NCBI GenBank assembly: GCA_951406725.2
Contig: OX597824.1
Location: 67,084,001-67,148,000 of the forward strand
Source of the DNA: Octopus vulgaris
Lineage: Eukaryota
Reading direction: 5' to 3'
DNA length: 64,000 nucleotides
Positions 51,193 through 63,652 of the stretch are shown one piece after another. The notes beneath the pieces were generated by a model. The model did not search any database. It was not told the origin of the DNA and worked only from the letters and a program-made list of their open reading frames with translations. A program made the position numbers and the translations under genes. Within the stretch, counting starts at the first letter, position 1. Every line of letters begins with the position of its first letter.

Positions 51193-51337
51193 AGCTTATT
51201 GCCAACATAAAGTGGCAGTCCTGATTAGAACCAATGTTACTGTTATTGGTCCTAATCAGGATTGCCACTTTATAAAGAAGCTTTACTCTATTGTACTGTT
51301 GCTGCATGTTTCTCGTTCAGAGATTTAGAACTAATAA

Positions 51338-51404
<67 letters not shown>

Positions 51405-51634
51405 CTATGAGATAAACATCATCCTGGCTGTGATTTCCAAGAATTCTAAATGCATTTCAGTGTGTACACATCATTAACAAGGCCCAAGAAGGCTGAAATG
51501 CATCTGGTGCTCTCGTGAAACACTGCCAGGATGATTTTTTTCCCATTTCACTCCCATATAAATATTATATTTCTAATACATGTCTATGAAGAAATTTTTT
51601 CTAAGATGAAAATCCTCAGCCTGATGTCTCTCAA
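51047..51634. repeat. Nested fold-back structure (outer imperfect inverted repeat enclosing two hairpins)
   Basis: Outer arms ~51047-51126 and ~51555-51634. Hairpins at 51207-51273 (29-bp stem) and 51418-51535. Confidence 0.7.
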
Positions 51635-51647
51635 CAGCGTATATATA

Positions 51648-51693
<46 letters not shown>

Positions 51694-51907
51694 CCTCTTT
51701 TACGTTGTCTGCCATCCCCCTCTTCCTTTGCTAAGAGCATTTTTAAGCCAGCCCGTCATATTCCCGTGTCAGGCAGAAGAACGAAATGTTCCCAAGATAA
51801 GAGAGTCTTTCTAATCTAATGTTGTGGTTGAGCTGTTTATTATTTATTATTATTACTATTATTAGTAGTATTAGTATTGTCCCTTTGATCCTCGGTCGAA
51901 AATTTGC

Positions 51908-51943
<36 letters not shown>

Positions 51944-51959
51944 TTATTACTATTTTCAG

Positions 51960-52611
51960 CTTCGCCTTGTATTGCATATTATTTCTCCATACAGGGTTTT
52001 TTTTTCAATGGCGGCCCATTTTCGCGGGGTTCCACTATTTCCCTTCTCTCTCTCCCTCTTTTACGTTGTCTGCCATCCCCCCTCTTCCTTTGCTAAGAGC
52101 ATTTTTAAGCCAGCCCGTTATATTCCCGGTGCACCCGCCCTTGCCCACCCCCACCACCAATACCGGATATCTCTATATTTTTGCTCCATCTATACCGGAT
52201 GTCGCTTCTCCCACCACCATTATAGGTGTCTACTCTTCGAACCCCCCTCTTCAATACGCTATTTCAACATGCATTACCCCTCTCTTGATATCCTACGTTC
52301 TACTTGCCTAGAACCTGTCATCATTTCTCTGAACCACCCCTCCCCACTGGTGCTCCCCTATATTCCCCCCCCCACATAAAAAGCACCATCCGAACGTGGC
52401 CGATGCCAGACCCTCTGGCACCTGTGCAGGTGGCACGTAAAAAACACCCACTACACTCGCGGAGTGGTTGGCGTTAGGAAGGGCATCCAGCTGTAGAAAC
52501 ACTGCCAGACTAGACTGGAGCCTGGGGCAGTCCCGAGCTCCCCAGACCCCGGTCGAAACCGTCCAACCCGTGCTAGCGCGGAAAACGGACGTTAAACGAT
52601 GATGATGATGA

Positions 52612-52614
<3 letters not shown>
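51960..52614 (+). mobile_element. Second non-autonomous bipartite RTE derivative
   Basis: Highly similar to 45789-46346 from GGTGCACCCGCC to the (GAT)n tail, with a different 5' extension. Segment 52050-52127 is duplicated at 51689-51766. Confidence 0.7.
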
Positions 52615-52662
<48 letters not shown>

Positions 52663-53284
52663 GTCGCATAGATGGCTATTTCAATTAAATGCTATTCCAG
52701 TTGCATCCACTGAGTTTTTATTCAAGTAACTGGTAATACATTTCAGTAACATTATGGTAACAAAAAGGCTCAACTTATAAATTCTTCAGGTAGACATACA
52801 TTTCTTGTTAAACATGATTGTCGGTCCATCATAGTTCTTAAGGTAAATTATTTCCAGTTGATAAACTTTCAAGAGTTTCTTCTGATGGCATATTAAAAGG
52901 ATTCTGGAATAAGTTCTTGAAACTCTTTCTGAACACATTCTTTAAGAATTTTAGTGATTCCATACATTTTTATATTGAGTTCATTGAAGCATTATTTTCA
53001 TATCCCACCTTATTGTAAGAGATGGAAACCACTTGATGTTAGCTGGATACAAATAATAGATGTAGAAATGTTGCAGCATCGTTTTTATCCTCAGCCTTTT
53101 ACTGCTGTCATTCATGCTTAATTCTGTCATCACCACAGTTGACTTTGATGTCGTCTTTTTCATTATTGTTATTATCATTGCCATCATCATCATTGTTATC
53201 ATTGTTATCATCATTGTTGTCATTTTCCTCACCACCACCATCACCATCACCATCACCATCACCATCCTCCTCCTCATCATCATG

Positions 53285-53319
<35 letters not shown>

Positions 53320-53866
53320 TGAAGCAACATGTTTCAAAATCCCTTGAAGCTCCAGGACTTACTGTTCCACTTTTAGTCTCTATGTGTCAGCTCAAAATAT
53401 GATCTTAAAGAATGAAAAGCAATTAAAAACAGAAATATATTCATTTATTTGATGTATCAGTAAATCAGAAACTGAAAAAATGATAATATACATTGTTATA
53501 TATTATCAAGAAACTCAGAGTAGCTACAAAATGAAGCCTCACAGTTGAATAACTGAATATACTCTACTTGATGTATTAAGTACTTTTCTTCACATTTACA
53601 TATTCAGAGTTTGGCTTTCTGTGATGTATCTGCCATTAAGTATACTTTAAGTATACATTAAGTATACATTAAGGTACACATAATGAATTTTAATTCAGCC
53701 TCTCGGCTGATTGCAACATTTCTTAATTTAGCAATTTCCATTCCCTACTGATATATTGTTGCATTATTCAACCAACATTATATGCCTATAAAGAATGGTA
53801 TCTTGGGGTGGATACCCCAGGTAATTAGGCTTTCAATGATGTGTCTGCACTATGTATGATACACAG

Positions 53867-53912
<46 letters not shown>

Positions 53913-54207
53913 TTACTTGGAAGTGGATGTGTTGCATTCAATTAAATAATAATGAATAATAGATAATATATCATCATCATCATCATCATCATTATCGTCT
54001 AACATTCGTTTTCCATGCTAGCATGGGTTGAACCCATATATGGGTGCAACCAACATGAAATACATAAACAAACGAGTTAAATATGTAAACAATGAGAAAA
54101 AATGGAAAACAGGACAAGTAAACACAGAGAAAAGACCCTTCATCAGTTGTCAGCTGTCTATCTATTCATCATGTGTGTGTGTGTGTGTGTGTGCATGTAT
54201 GCATGTA

Positions 54208-54254
<47 letters not shown>

Positions 54255-54257
<3 letters not shown>

Positions 54258-54848
54258 TTATAAACAAGGGCAAAAGAAAAAAGATTTCTATGCCAATATG
54301 CTTAGAATAGACTTTAAATCGTCAATCACCTCATTGCAATATACATTCACCATAAATACATGTTGTGCAGAAATCGAGGAGGGCAAGCTAACAGAACTTT
54401 TTTAAAAATTCGTTATCTCTATATTGAATCAATTTCAAGATTAATCCCATGGATTTTTCCCTCTTCAGTAGAGAATACAATAAGAAATAAATGAAATACT
54501 TACAAGCACCCATGGGAAAAAGCAGAAGCAGGAATCATGAGTATATATAAGTACCCCAGTTATATCTAAACGTAAAATCCTTTAGCTAGCTTCAGCACAT
54601 GTGTGACTGGTCACAAGCCACAACTTTCAGTGGTTACCAGTCCCGAAGTGAATGGTGATAAATTTACTTCTAATATAGGATAAAATTTTTTCAAATAAAA
54701 TTTCGTCAAAGCGGCAGCATATTAAGATACCTTTAAAGGTGAAAATTATAAACAATTTATAAACAAGGGCAAAAGAAAAAGAGATTTCTATGCCAATATG
54801 CTTAGAATAGACTTTAAATTGTCAATCACCTCATTACAATATACATTG
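54255..54848. repeat. ~92-bp direct repeats ~500 bp apart (partial tandem unit)
   Basis: AATTTATAAACAAGGGCAAAAG...CAATATACATT occurs at 54255-54347 and 54754-54848. Confidence 0.8.
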
Positions 54849-55000
54849 TAATGTCGGCTTGGAATTATCATAATCCCTAACTATTAATATATATGTATGT
54901 ATATATATATATGTGCATTTATATATATATGTATATATATATTATATATATACATGTGTGTGTGTGTATAAATACATATGTATATATATACATATATATG

Positions 55001-55552
55001 TCAGGTCACTTTCGAGTGCCACTGGTAACATGTAACCCAGTACAACCTGTTGCCTGGCTGGGTCGTTGGCGACTCAACCAGGAACCCCACCAAGCTTGCT
55101 TGGTGAGGAGGGTGTTTATTGGACACGCTGTGGGAAGAAAAACAAAACCCGTCAAAGGGGCAGAGGAACTCTTGAGAGTCAACGGCCATCCAATAAATGT
55201 CTTGAGGCTGTATCATGCGCGTGGACATAGAAATAATCAGACTGAATACCCAATCGCACGATTAAACCATTGGGAGTGAAGGACTCCTAGCCTTTGTTAG
55301 GGCATCCTTCTAGGAGAAGGTAACTCAGGTAACTGGGATAACTCCAACATAAAACCTGCGGCTCAGTGGTTACCGATGATGTTGACTTGTTCTTCTTTTC
55401 GGATTATGGCTGCTGTTGCTTAGTGAGTGGGATTGACTCAGTGCACAGCCTTTCCTCACTTTAAAAATAATCTTCTTGCACAGGCATTGCATGATAACAA
55501 CATTGATTAAGCTCCATGCAATGGCCATACTCGATAACGAGGGGGCAGCCAC
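55001..55552 (+). mobile_element. ~550-bp non-coding element in a (TA)n tract, resembling an RTE-type 5' UTR derivative
   Basis: Sharp borders inside a microsatellite. The motif GGGCATCCTTCTAGGAGAAGGTAACTC..AAAACC recalls RTE 5' UTRs. Confidence 0.45.
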
Positions 55553-55635
55553 CATATATACATATATGTATGTATATATATATATACATATATGTATGTA
55601 TATATATATATATCTATATATACATACATATATGC

Positions 55636-55686
<51 letters not shown>

Positions 55687-55694
55687 TGTATGTA

Positions 55695-57885
55695 TCGGCC
55701 AGGCCCTTCTTGACGTGGCTGAAGATTGTTTTCTATCGCAACATGTTGAATTTCCGACAAGGCATTGGTCTGGGCAGCAGCCATCTATGCTGGATCTGGT
55801 ATTCTCCCGCTATCCAAGATCAGTGTCAGGCTTATCTGTGTGTGCCCCTCTTGCCAAGAGTGATTACGCAGTCCTGAAGTTCGACATGCACGCAACTTTT
55901 TCTACGCCCATGACTACTTAGCTGCCACGTAGAGTCTTCTCTGCAATCAATCTTGAAATTCTAACCGAGGCTTCTGCGCTTCTGGACTGGCGGTCCCTGA
56001 TGACGATGTCCTCAGTTAACGAACTATGGTCGTCCCTCAAAGCATATGTAATCTGGTTGACTGACCAAGCAGTTCCCATTGGGCTTCCCAAGAAGAAGAA
56101 ACATAAGCCCTGGGTGATGAAGAAGGTTAAACGAGAACTTCGACTCAGAGATATTGCTTGAGCTGAATTCAAAAATCTAGATTTGACTGCAGCTTTTGAG
56201 GCGTACAAAACTCAATGAGACCGAGCCGTGAAAATTGAAAAGGAAGAACGCTTCAGATATGAATACAGAATCACGGCAAATGCCAGTCGCAATCCAAAAA
56301 CCTTCTTTGCCCATGTCCAACGGAATTCCCGCGTTATTCAAGGCCTCGATGTCAACAAGGGTCACGGCCCTGACGGCATACACCCACAGGTTATCAAAGC
56401 ATTGGCTTCGGTCATCTGCAAACCTTTAACACTTCTATTCAGTATGTCATTCGCGACGGGTGTTATACCTGTGAAGTGGAGAACAGCGATAATCTGCCCG
56501 ATTTTCAAGAAAGGGAGCCGCGAAGACCCGTTTAACTACCGACCGGTTTCCCTTACTTCAATAATCAGCAAGATGTTCGAAACCATCCTAAAAAAAAGTA
56601 TGTTGCTCCACCTCCAAAACAAAGCCTCTATCTCTGATTCCCAACACGGCTTCGTGCCGAAGAGATCATGCTTGACCAACTTACTGGTAATGGAAGAATT
56701 GGTGACGCGTATCCTGGATGATGGGGATGCTGTTGACATCGTTTTATTGGACTTTGCCAAAGCTTTTGACTCGGTTAACCACCGCCTGTTACTTGTCAAG
56801 CTTCAAGCATATAATTTCCATCCGGATATTGTATGATGGGTTGGTGCCTTCCTCTCAGATCGCTCCTTCCAAGTCCAAGTTAATGGTTTGCTGTCCGACG
56901 TCTCCAGTGCGAGCAGTGGCGTGCCTCAAAGTTCAGTACTTGGGCCCTTATTGTGTTTAGTCTTTATAAATGACTTGCCCGACGACCTCATGCAACACAC
57001 CCTTCTATTTGCCAATGATGTCAAACTGGTCGCTCCTCGCGATGATATAGATGATCTTCGTCAATGCCTCCACCAAGTTTGGAGATGGTCTAACGAATGG
57101 GACCTGTGTCTGAATGTGTCAAAATACTGTCATCTGCCTGTTAGCTCCTCTCCTGCAACTCCACGTAATTTCGAGCCGGGTCATCTGCTGCTGGAGAGGA
57201 CCGACCAGGTAAAGGACCTGGGTATCTTGGTGGATTCTTCCTTTGCGCCTTCAGCCCAGTGCGTCCATACTGCCAACAAAGCATGCGGAGTTCTGTTTTT
57301 GATTCGACAGTCATTCGGAATGCTCACAGCAGCCATATTCCTACCGCTCTATGTCACGCTGGTGAGACCCATATTGGAGTACGGGATTCAAGCCTCTTCT
57401 CCTTATCTCCTCAAAGACATACATCATCTCGAAAGAGTCCAGAAGCTTGCTACCCACATGGTTCTTGGTCTCAAGCATTTGTCCTATGAAGAAAGGCTGA
57501 AGACGCTTGACCTTTATTCTCTAGAAAAACAACGACGCCGTGGTGATCTCATTCTCATAAGCGGAAAGTGTAACCTCTCGAAAGAGCTGTTCTTCACTCC
57601 TGCTCCAGAGCGTCGGCTGCGGGGTCATTCTGAAAAGCTCTATCTGTGACGATTTCATCTCAATCAAAGTATAGGGGCTTTCTCCGTCCAGGTTGCGGAT
57701 CTGTGGAATAAGCTGCTGGACGAGATAGTGAAGATGCTGACAACTGCTCGGTTCAAAGTCTCTCTTGACCAGAAATGGCCTGAACTCTTTGCATGAAAAC
57801 CCTCCCTGTACATAACTCCATGTCCCCCTACATGGCCTTACTTTTTGCTTTTTGAGCCAAAAAATGAACTTAACTTAACTTAACT
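55695..57885 (+). mobile_element. 5'-truncated, internally deleted CR1-group LINE (pseudogenised EN/RT)
   Basis: [78 protein letters not shown]. Contains stops and ends in an (AACTT)n tail. Confidence 0.92.
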
Positions 57886-57901
57886 ATAAATATATATATA
57901 T

Positions 57902-58603
57902 ATAACATAAGGGACTAAAGCCATCTGAATATGGCTAGGGACAGGGCAGGGTGGTGGGGGTGTTACTGTTGCATTTAGCCCCAGGCGAACATCGACGTCG
58001 CTAGATAGGCTTGACACCGTCACGGTGTCCTTTAACCTGCAAAGGGAGATAATTCCCCGATGAAGCGGAAACCACACACGGACCATGGTTTCAAGGTGTA
58101 TTGCCTATCGTCAACGTGTGGTAGGCCTCCGCTTCCTCGACGAAATCTCACTCTGCAGGTTATTCATATATAGATTTTCAAGCAAAATACATTTGCTGAT
58201 TTCGAAAATCTGTTCGACAGCAATAATAATTCTCTAAAAGAGATATAGACAGTAACTGCTCGATAACATAAGGGACTAAAGCCATCTGAATATGGCTAGG
58301 GACAGGGCAGGGTGGTGGGGGTGTTACTGTTGCATTTAGCCCCAGGCGAACATCGACGTCGCTAGATAGGCTTGACACCGTCACGGTGTCCTTTAACCTG
58401 CAAAGGGGAATTATCTCCCTTTGCAGGTTAAAGGACACCGTGACGGTGTCAAGCCTATCTAGCGACGTCGATGTTCGCCTGGGGCTAAATGCAACAGTAA
58501 CACCCCCACCACCCTGCCCTGTCCCTAGCCATATTCAGATGGCTTTAGTCCCTTATGTTATCGAGCAGTTACTGTCTATATCTCTTTTAGAGAATTATTA
58601 TTG

Positions 58604-58605
<2 letters not shown>
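57902..58605 (-). mobile_element. Candidate retrozyme / non-autonomous Penelope-like element: ~361-nt monomer in 1.4 tandem copies plus an inverted arm
   Basis: 57902-58047 is repeated at 58263-58407 (period 361). Perfect 189-bp inverted repeat 58219-58407 / 58417-58605. Hammerhead at 58075-58120 and (TA)n on both flanks. Confidence 0.75.
58075..58120 (-). ncRNA. Type-I hammerhead ribozyme (U3 core variant)
   Basis: Minus: CACACG-TTGACGA-T-AGG-CAATACA-CCT-T-GAAA-CCATGG-TC-CGTGTG. GUC cleavage triplet and palindromic stem III; stem I extends via GAAGCGGA/TCCGCTTC and CCTGCA/TGCAGG. Confidence 0.8.
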
Positions 58606-58649
<44 letters not shown>

Positions 58650-59080
58650 AAATATATATATATATATGTATGTATGCATGTATGTATGTATATGTTTGTG
58701 CATGTGTGTGTGTATCATATATGCATGTGTATTATATCAGGGAGCTGGGGATTGTCAGAAACTGTTGTGTAATAGACAAATATATTTATCATTTAGTTAC
58801 ACATCACTACATTATGAGTTCAAACCCACCTATGTCTGGCCTAGTTTCCTTTTCTAACTCCCTCCAAATCTATAAGTAAATGTATATAGACAGTTTTATG
58901 CACTATACCTCTTCCCTTCTAAATGTGTAGCTTTGAGCTATTGCATGATGCGTATTTGTGTGTGTGTTTGTGTGTGTGTGTGTGCGTGTGCGAATGCATG
59001 TCTATATACAAACATACCACACATATAATCATATAAAGAGACATATATGTATGTGTGTGTGTATGTATACTTGTGTGTGC

Positions 59081-59128
<48 letters not shown>

Positions 59129-59925
59129 AGAGAGAGAGAGAGAGAGAGACCAAATGAGAAAGGGATGAAGATTAATAAATAGATACATATGTGTACATCT
59201 ACGTGTGTTCAATGTACGCCTGTATTTCCCACCCTATACACCCCATTCACACACAATGAATATAAACTCACATGCCATAATATACACAGACAAATATGTG
59301 CATATATATATATATACATACATATATATACACATACATAAAATGCATATATATGCTTGCAACATGTATATATAGGCATTCCATTGGCAGTAAAAGTCAT
59401 ACATTTAAGACATTTTTCGTTCTTTTTCTTTTCCTTGCTTTTGTTTCTTTTTTTATCCACCTTTATTACCCATGCAAGATGTTACTGCCTTATATAGCAG
59501 AGATGGTATGTTTGTAATTATTTCTGGCGAGAAGTCACTGGAGAAGACAGTAAGAGAAAAAACTTCAAAGACAGTGCAGAGTTTTTTTTCCATTATTTCA
59601 CCAAAATTCCAAGTCTGTTTTTAGGGGTTTGCATATTACCTTGGTTTTTTCAGTTTATCCTTTAGTTTCAGAAGGAGTAAAGAAAGGGTTGTTGAGGATG
59701 ACTGACTGACTGGTTGGTTGGTTGGCTGGTTGTCTGGGGTGGATACAGTTTTAACTAGCTCCAGCTGCTCACAAAAAATTTTCATCATTGAAGGGATAAA
59801 AATTTATGCATATACATATAAGCGTGTGTGTATATGTGTATGTGTGTGTGTGTGTGTGTGTGTGCACGTGTGCATGCGTATGTGCTTGTATTTGTGTGCC
59901 TGCGTATGTTTTGGGAGGGCATGTA

Positions 59926-60640
59926 TTAGGTTGGGAAGGAAGTCTTTTTACATTTCAGGATGGGAAAGAAACAAATGCTTCTTTGATCTTAATCATAATA
60001 ATATTCTCCTCATCATTGATAATGTAATCCAATATATTCGACAAATTATTGGTTCCTCAGGTGTAAAATTCTTTGGGTTTTGAAGTAACAAAATATTCAA
60101 TATCATCTTTAACCTCTGCACAATTTATAAACTATTTTTCCTCTAAATAATATTGCAATGATCTGAAAAGATAATAGTCAGATGGAGAAAGGCGAGGAGA
60201 GCAAGGAGGATGAGACAAAGCTCTTATATTTATATTTAGTACTATGACTTTTCATGAGTAACTTTGGCAATAAGTGGTCTTGGATTATTGTGTAAGAGCA
60301 ACAACCTTTTATGGTATACAAATGGTGAGCGCTGAGATTAGTTCAGATCCGTATCAGGCTCTGTTTGTTCTACAAATTCCAAAGGGACTCTTCTGCAAAA
60401 AATATTTGTTTTGTCTATGGAAATGAAGTTTTAATTATCCAAACATGGCAATGGTAGCTTGACCTCTTTCACTTGGGAAATTTTTCTTGTTCAGATTCCC
60501 CTTGATTTGAACAACCATAATTGAGGAAAATCTAAATGAATCAATGACAATATTTCACTGCATTGACTGTTTCATTTTGGCATAACACTTCATAGTAAAC
60601 AACACCCTTCATATCCCCACCAAAGAAAGTCATACCTTTT
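59926..60640 (-). pseudogene. mariner transposase 3' half remnant with TIR
   Basis: TA+TTAGGTTGGG end. Minus-strand remnants DMKGVVYYEV, LHNNPRPLIAKVT and LSHPPCSPRLSPSDYYLFRSL (cf. HPPYSPDLAPSDY). Confidence 0.8.
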
Positions 60641-60709
60641 TTTCAGGTGTAGCCCTGGTCTGGAGATGGGTTCTCCTTTTCCATTGGGTGCTAACCTCTG
60701 TCATTTTCA

Positions 60710-61224
60710 CATACTCAACACAGAGGCCTACATCAAGTGTCTGGAAGAGGTAGTGCTGCCCTGGGTCAGGAGGGTGGCTGCTGGAAGACCCTATGTCTGG
60801 CAACAGGACTCTGCACCATGCCACACAAGCAGACGAACCCAGTCATGGGTGTCAAACAATCACATCACCTCTAACATCTGGCCACCTAACTCCCCAGACA
60901 GCAACCCCTTTGATTATTATATGTGGGGCACAGTTGTGTGAGAGATCAACAAAACTCCTTCTAACATCAAAGATAAGCTGAAGGCAAGGATTATGGCAGC
61001 ATTCACCAACTTAGACAAGGAGACTGTCCAGAAGATTTGCAGGAGATTCCAAAGTCATCTGGAGGCTGTGGTTGAAGCCAATGGCGATTTTATTGAATAA
61101 ATCTACTGTTTAGTATTTCAAGATATTTTTATGTAATTTTGCTAAATATATCTGTTAAAATGAGATGTTAGTGTTATTTTCATTTTTTGCTTAATTTAGA
61201 TGACAGTTTATTCACTGCACCCTG
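60710..61224 (+). pseudogene. Tc1/mariner-superfamily (maT/DDxD-like) transposase 3' fragment with right TIR
   Basis: WQQDSAPCHTS...WPPNSPDSNPFDYYMWG. Ends ...CACTGCACCCTG followed by TA. Confidence 0.85.
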
Positions 61225-61423
61225 TATATATATATATATATATATATATGTAGTAGCTGCCTTTGTGTATATGAGAAAAGCCATTGCTAGAAAGAATCAT
61301 TGAAATGAGTCATTGATGATGCAATGCGAGGCCCTTGTATGACTCTTGAGCCTGGCCAAAGATTTGTGCATTCTATTGCATAATGTACATACATAAACAC
61401 AAACAATTTTCATACACACACAT

Positions 61424-61469
<46 letters not shown>

Positions 61470-61497
61470 ACATGTATATACATGCATGCATTCATAG

Positions 61498-61587
<90 letters not shown>

Positions 61588-62960
61588 AGCTGAGAAACTT
61601 CACAAGCTAATGGTTCAAGTTTTACATAACTGATTATCTCGCAGAAGTGAACTTTTGGAACAACACAATACAATACGATGGTCTATTATGTTTATAAATG
61701 ATACCATGATGATTATTTGGGAAAACATCAAATAAACAGTTAAAGCTGACTGGGCAAGGGGTTATGACATTGCAAATATAATGGAATTTGTTGGATAAAC
61801 TGAGTGATTATTAGCAAAAATCAATATATATATACATTAGTAACAAATAAAATAAAAATTAACTTCAATAAAACTGAATATAACAAATTATATTGTGTTG
61901 CTACAGAGTGATAGTTATAATATTTGCAGCAAATGGAAAATTTCAATGAAAAATTATTTCAGAACTTAAGAATTTAAGGAAAATAAATGGAATAATGTCA
62001 TAAAAAAAAGCAGATTAAAGTAAACAAATAAATATAAATATTAAGATTTTCATAGAGAGTATAGAAGGAGTTTTCACCAGTTGATTTTGTCAAATAGGTA
62101 TGTGCTATGGGTGTTCAGATTGGTTTTACACTAAAACTCTGGCTTGAACTGCAACTGAAAAATGTGGTTTTAAGACTGCCTGTCAAAAGTGGCTAGAAGT
62201 GGTTTCTCCTTGAGCAAATAGATATAGATTAAAGTAAAAAATGAAAAGCAAAACATTTGGCATCACTTGAAAACATCTAAATTAAGATTTTCATCTATTT
62301 TATATGTATAAATATATGCATGTATGTATATCATCATCATTTAACATCCACTTTCCATGCTAGAGTCATGGGTCATGGGTGTATATGTGTTCATTTATAT
62401 GCATATGTATGCTTATATATGTGTGCATGTATACATATGTTTGTTCATATATGTATGAATGTATACATATGCATGCATTTTAAGCAAGATAGTATTTCCT
62501 CATGGCTAGACATGTTTTCACAGAATATTGGAAATGGATAACATTGGTTGTTTGGCAGTGATATTCATTTACAACCATTACATGCTGTCAAAACAAGAAG
62601 ACACAAACACACACATCACATGATGGGCTTCTTTCAGTTTCTGTCTATCAAATTTACTAACAAGGTTTTGGTCAGCCTGGGGCTATAATTTAAGATACTT
62701 GTCCAATGTGCCTTCCAGTGGAACTGAACCTGAAATCATATGGTTGGGAAGCAAACCACTCAACCACTAAGCCATGCCTATGTTTATAATAATAATTAAA
62801 TAGCTGTCAGTCATCACTCACAGGGAGTAGGGAAAATGGTTTGATAACTTGTACCATGCTTTTATTGTTTTAGATGGTTATGTAGTCACATGCAAACACA
62901 GACATCCTTTATGAGCACTTTTACCCTTGATGCAGATACATCTATGTTGTAAAAACTGCA

Positions 62961-63017
<57 letters not shown>

Positions 63018-63444
63018 GGAGAGAGAGAGAGAATGAGAGAGGGAGAGAGACAGAGAGAGACAGAGAGGAGTGCACCAACACCCAAATGATACTCATTTAG
63101 TGCTGAGTAGATTGGAGCAAAGTGAAATGAAGTGCCTTACTCAAGGACATGATTTCCTTCAACTATGGTTTACAGAAGCTCAGTATTGACAGAACTCTGC
63201 CATCCAAATCAAGGGAAATCTGCAAAAGAAAAATTTCTCAAGTGAAACTGGTCAAACCATCATTGGCATGTCTGGACAATTAAAACTTCATTTCCATAGA
63301 CATCCTGTCCAGGAATTAATCTCATGATATTATGAGCTGAACATCCTAGCCATTATGCCACAAAGCTCTCTATTTACAACAACATAGAATTATTTAAGAA
63401 TATTCTTTAGGTATCTCTTTGAAATGATTCTTGTAAGTGAAAAT

Positions 63445-63652
63445 ACTTTAGCATTCAGATTACTCTGTCAAGTGCAATGCTTATTTATTCACATTGTTTT
63501 GAATTAATCATGCATTATGTTTGTAACTCTGAGATTTCAACGATGCAATTGTTTATTTTTAGAATAACATAATAGATTAGGTGTGAGAGGCTTGATCTGG
63601 CCTGTTTGAACATAAAGCAGATAAAATATATGGGTTGGATCCATCTGGTTTA
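63445..63652. mobile_element. Degenerate piggyBac-type MITE
   Basis: Reverse complement similarity to 25505-25727 (CTTTAGCATTCAGATTACTCTGTCAA...). Confidence 0.6.

Noticed and set aside
52660-53110. Complex sequence with a possible plus exon (52790-52842) or decayed minus-strand ORF
   Set aside because: Two incompatible readings, stops in the minus frame and no recognisable motif.
57880-58772. Repeated ORF ...LCRLKDTVTVSSLSSDVDVRLGLN... on both strands
   Set aside because: A consequence of the tandem and inverted repeat; no recognisable domain and it relies on alternative starts.
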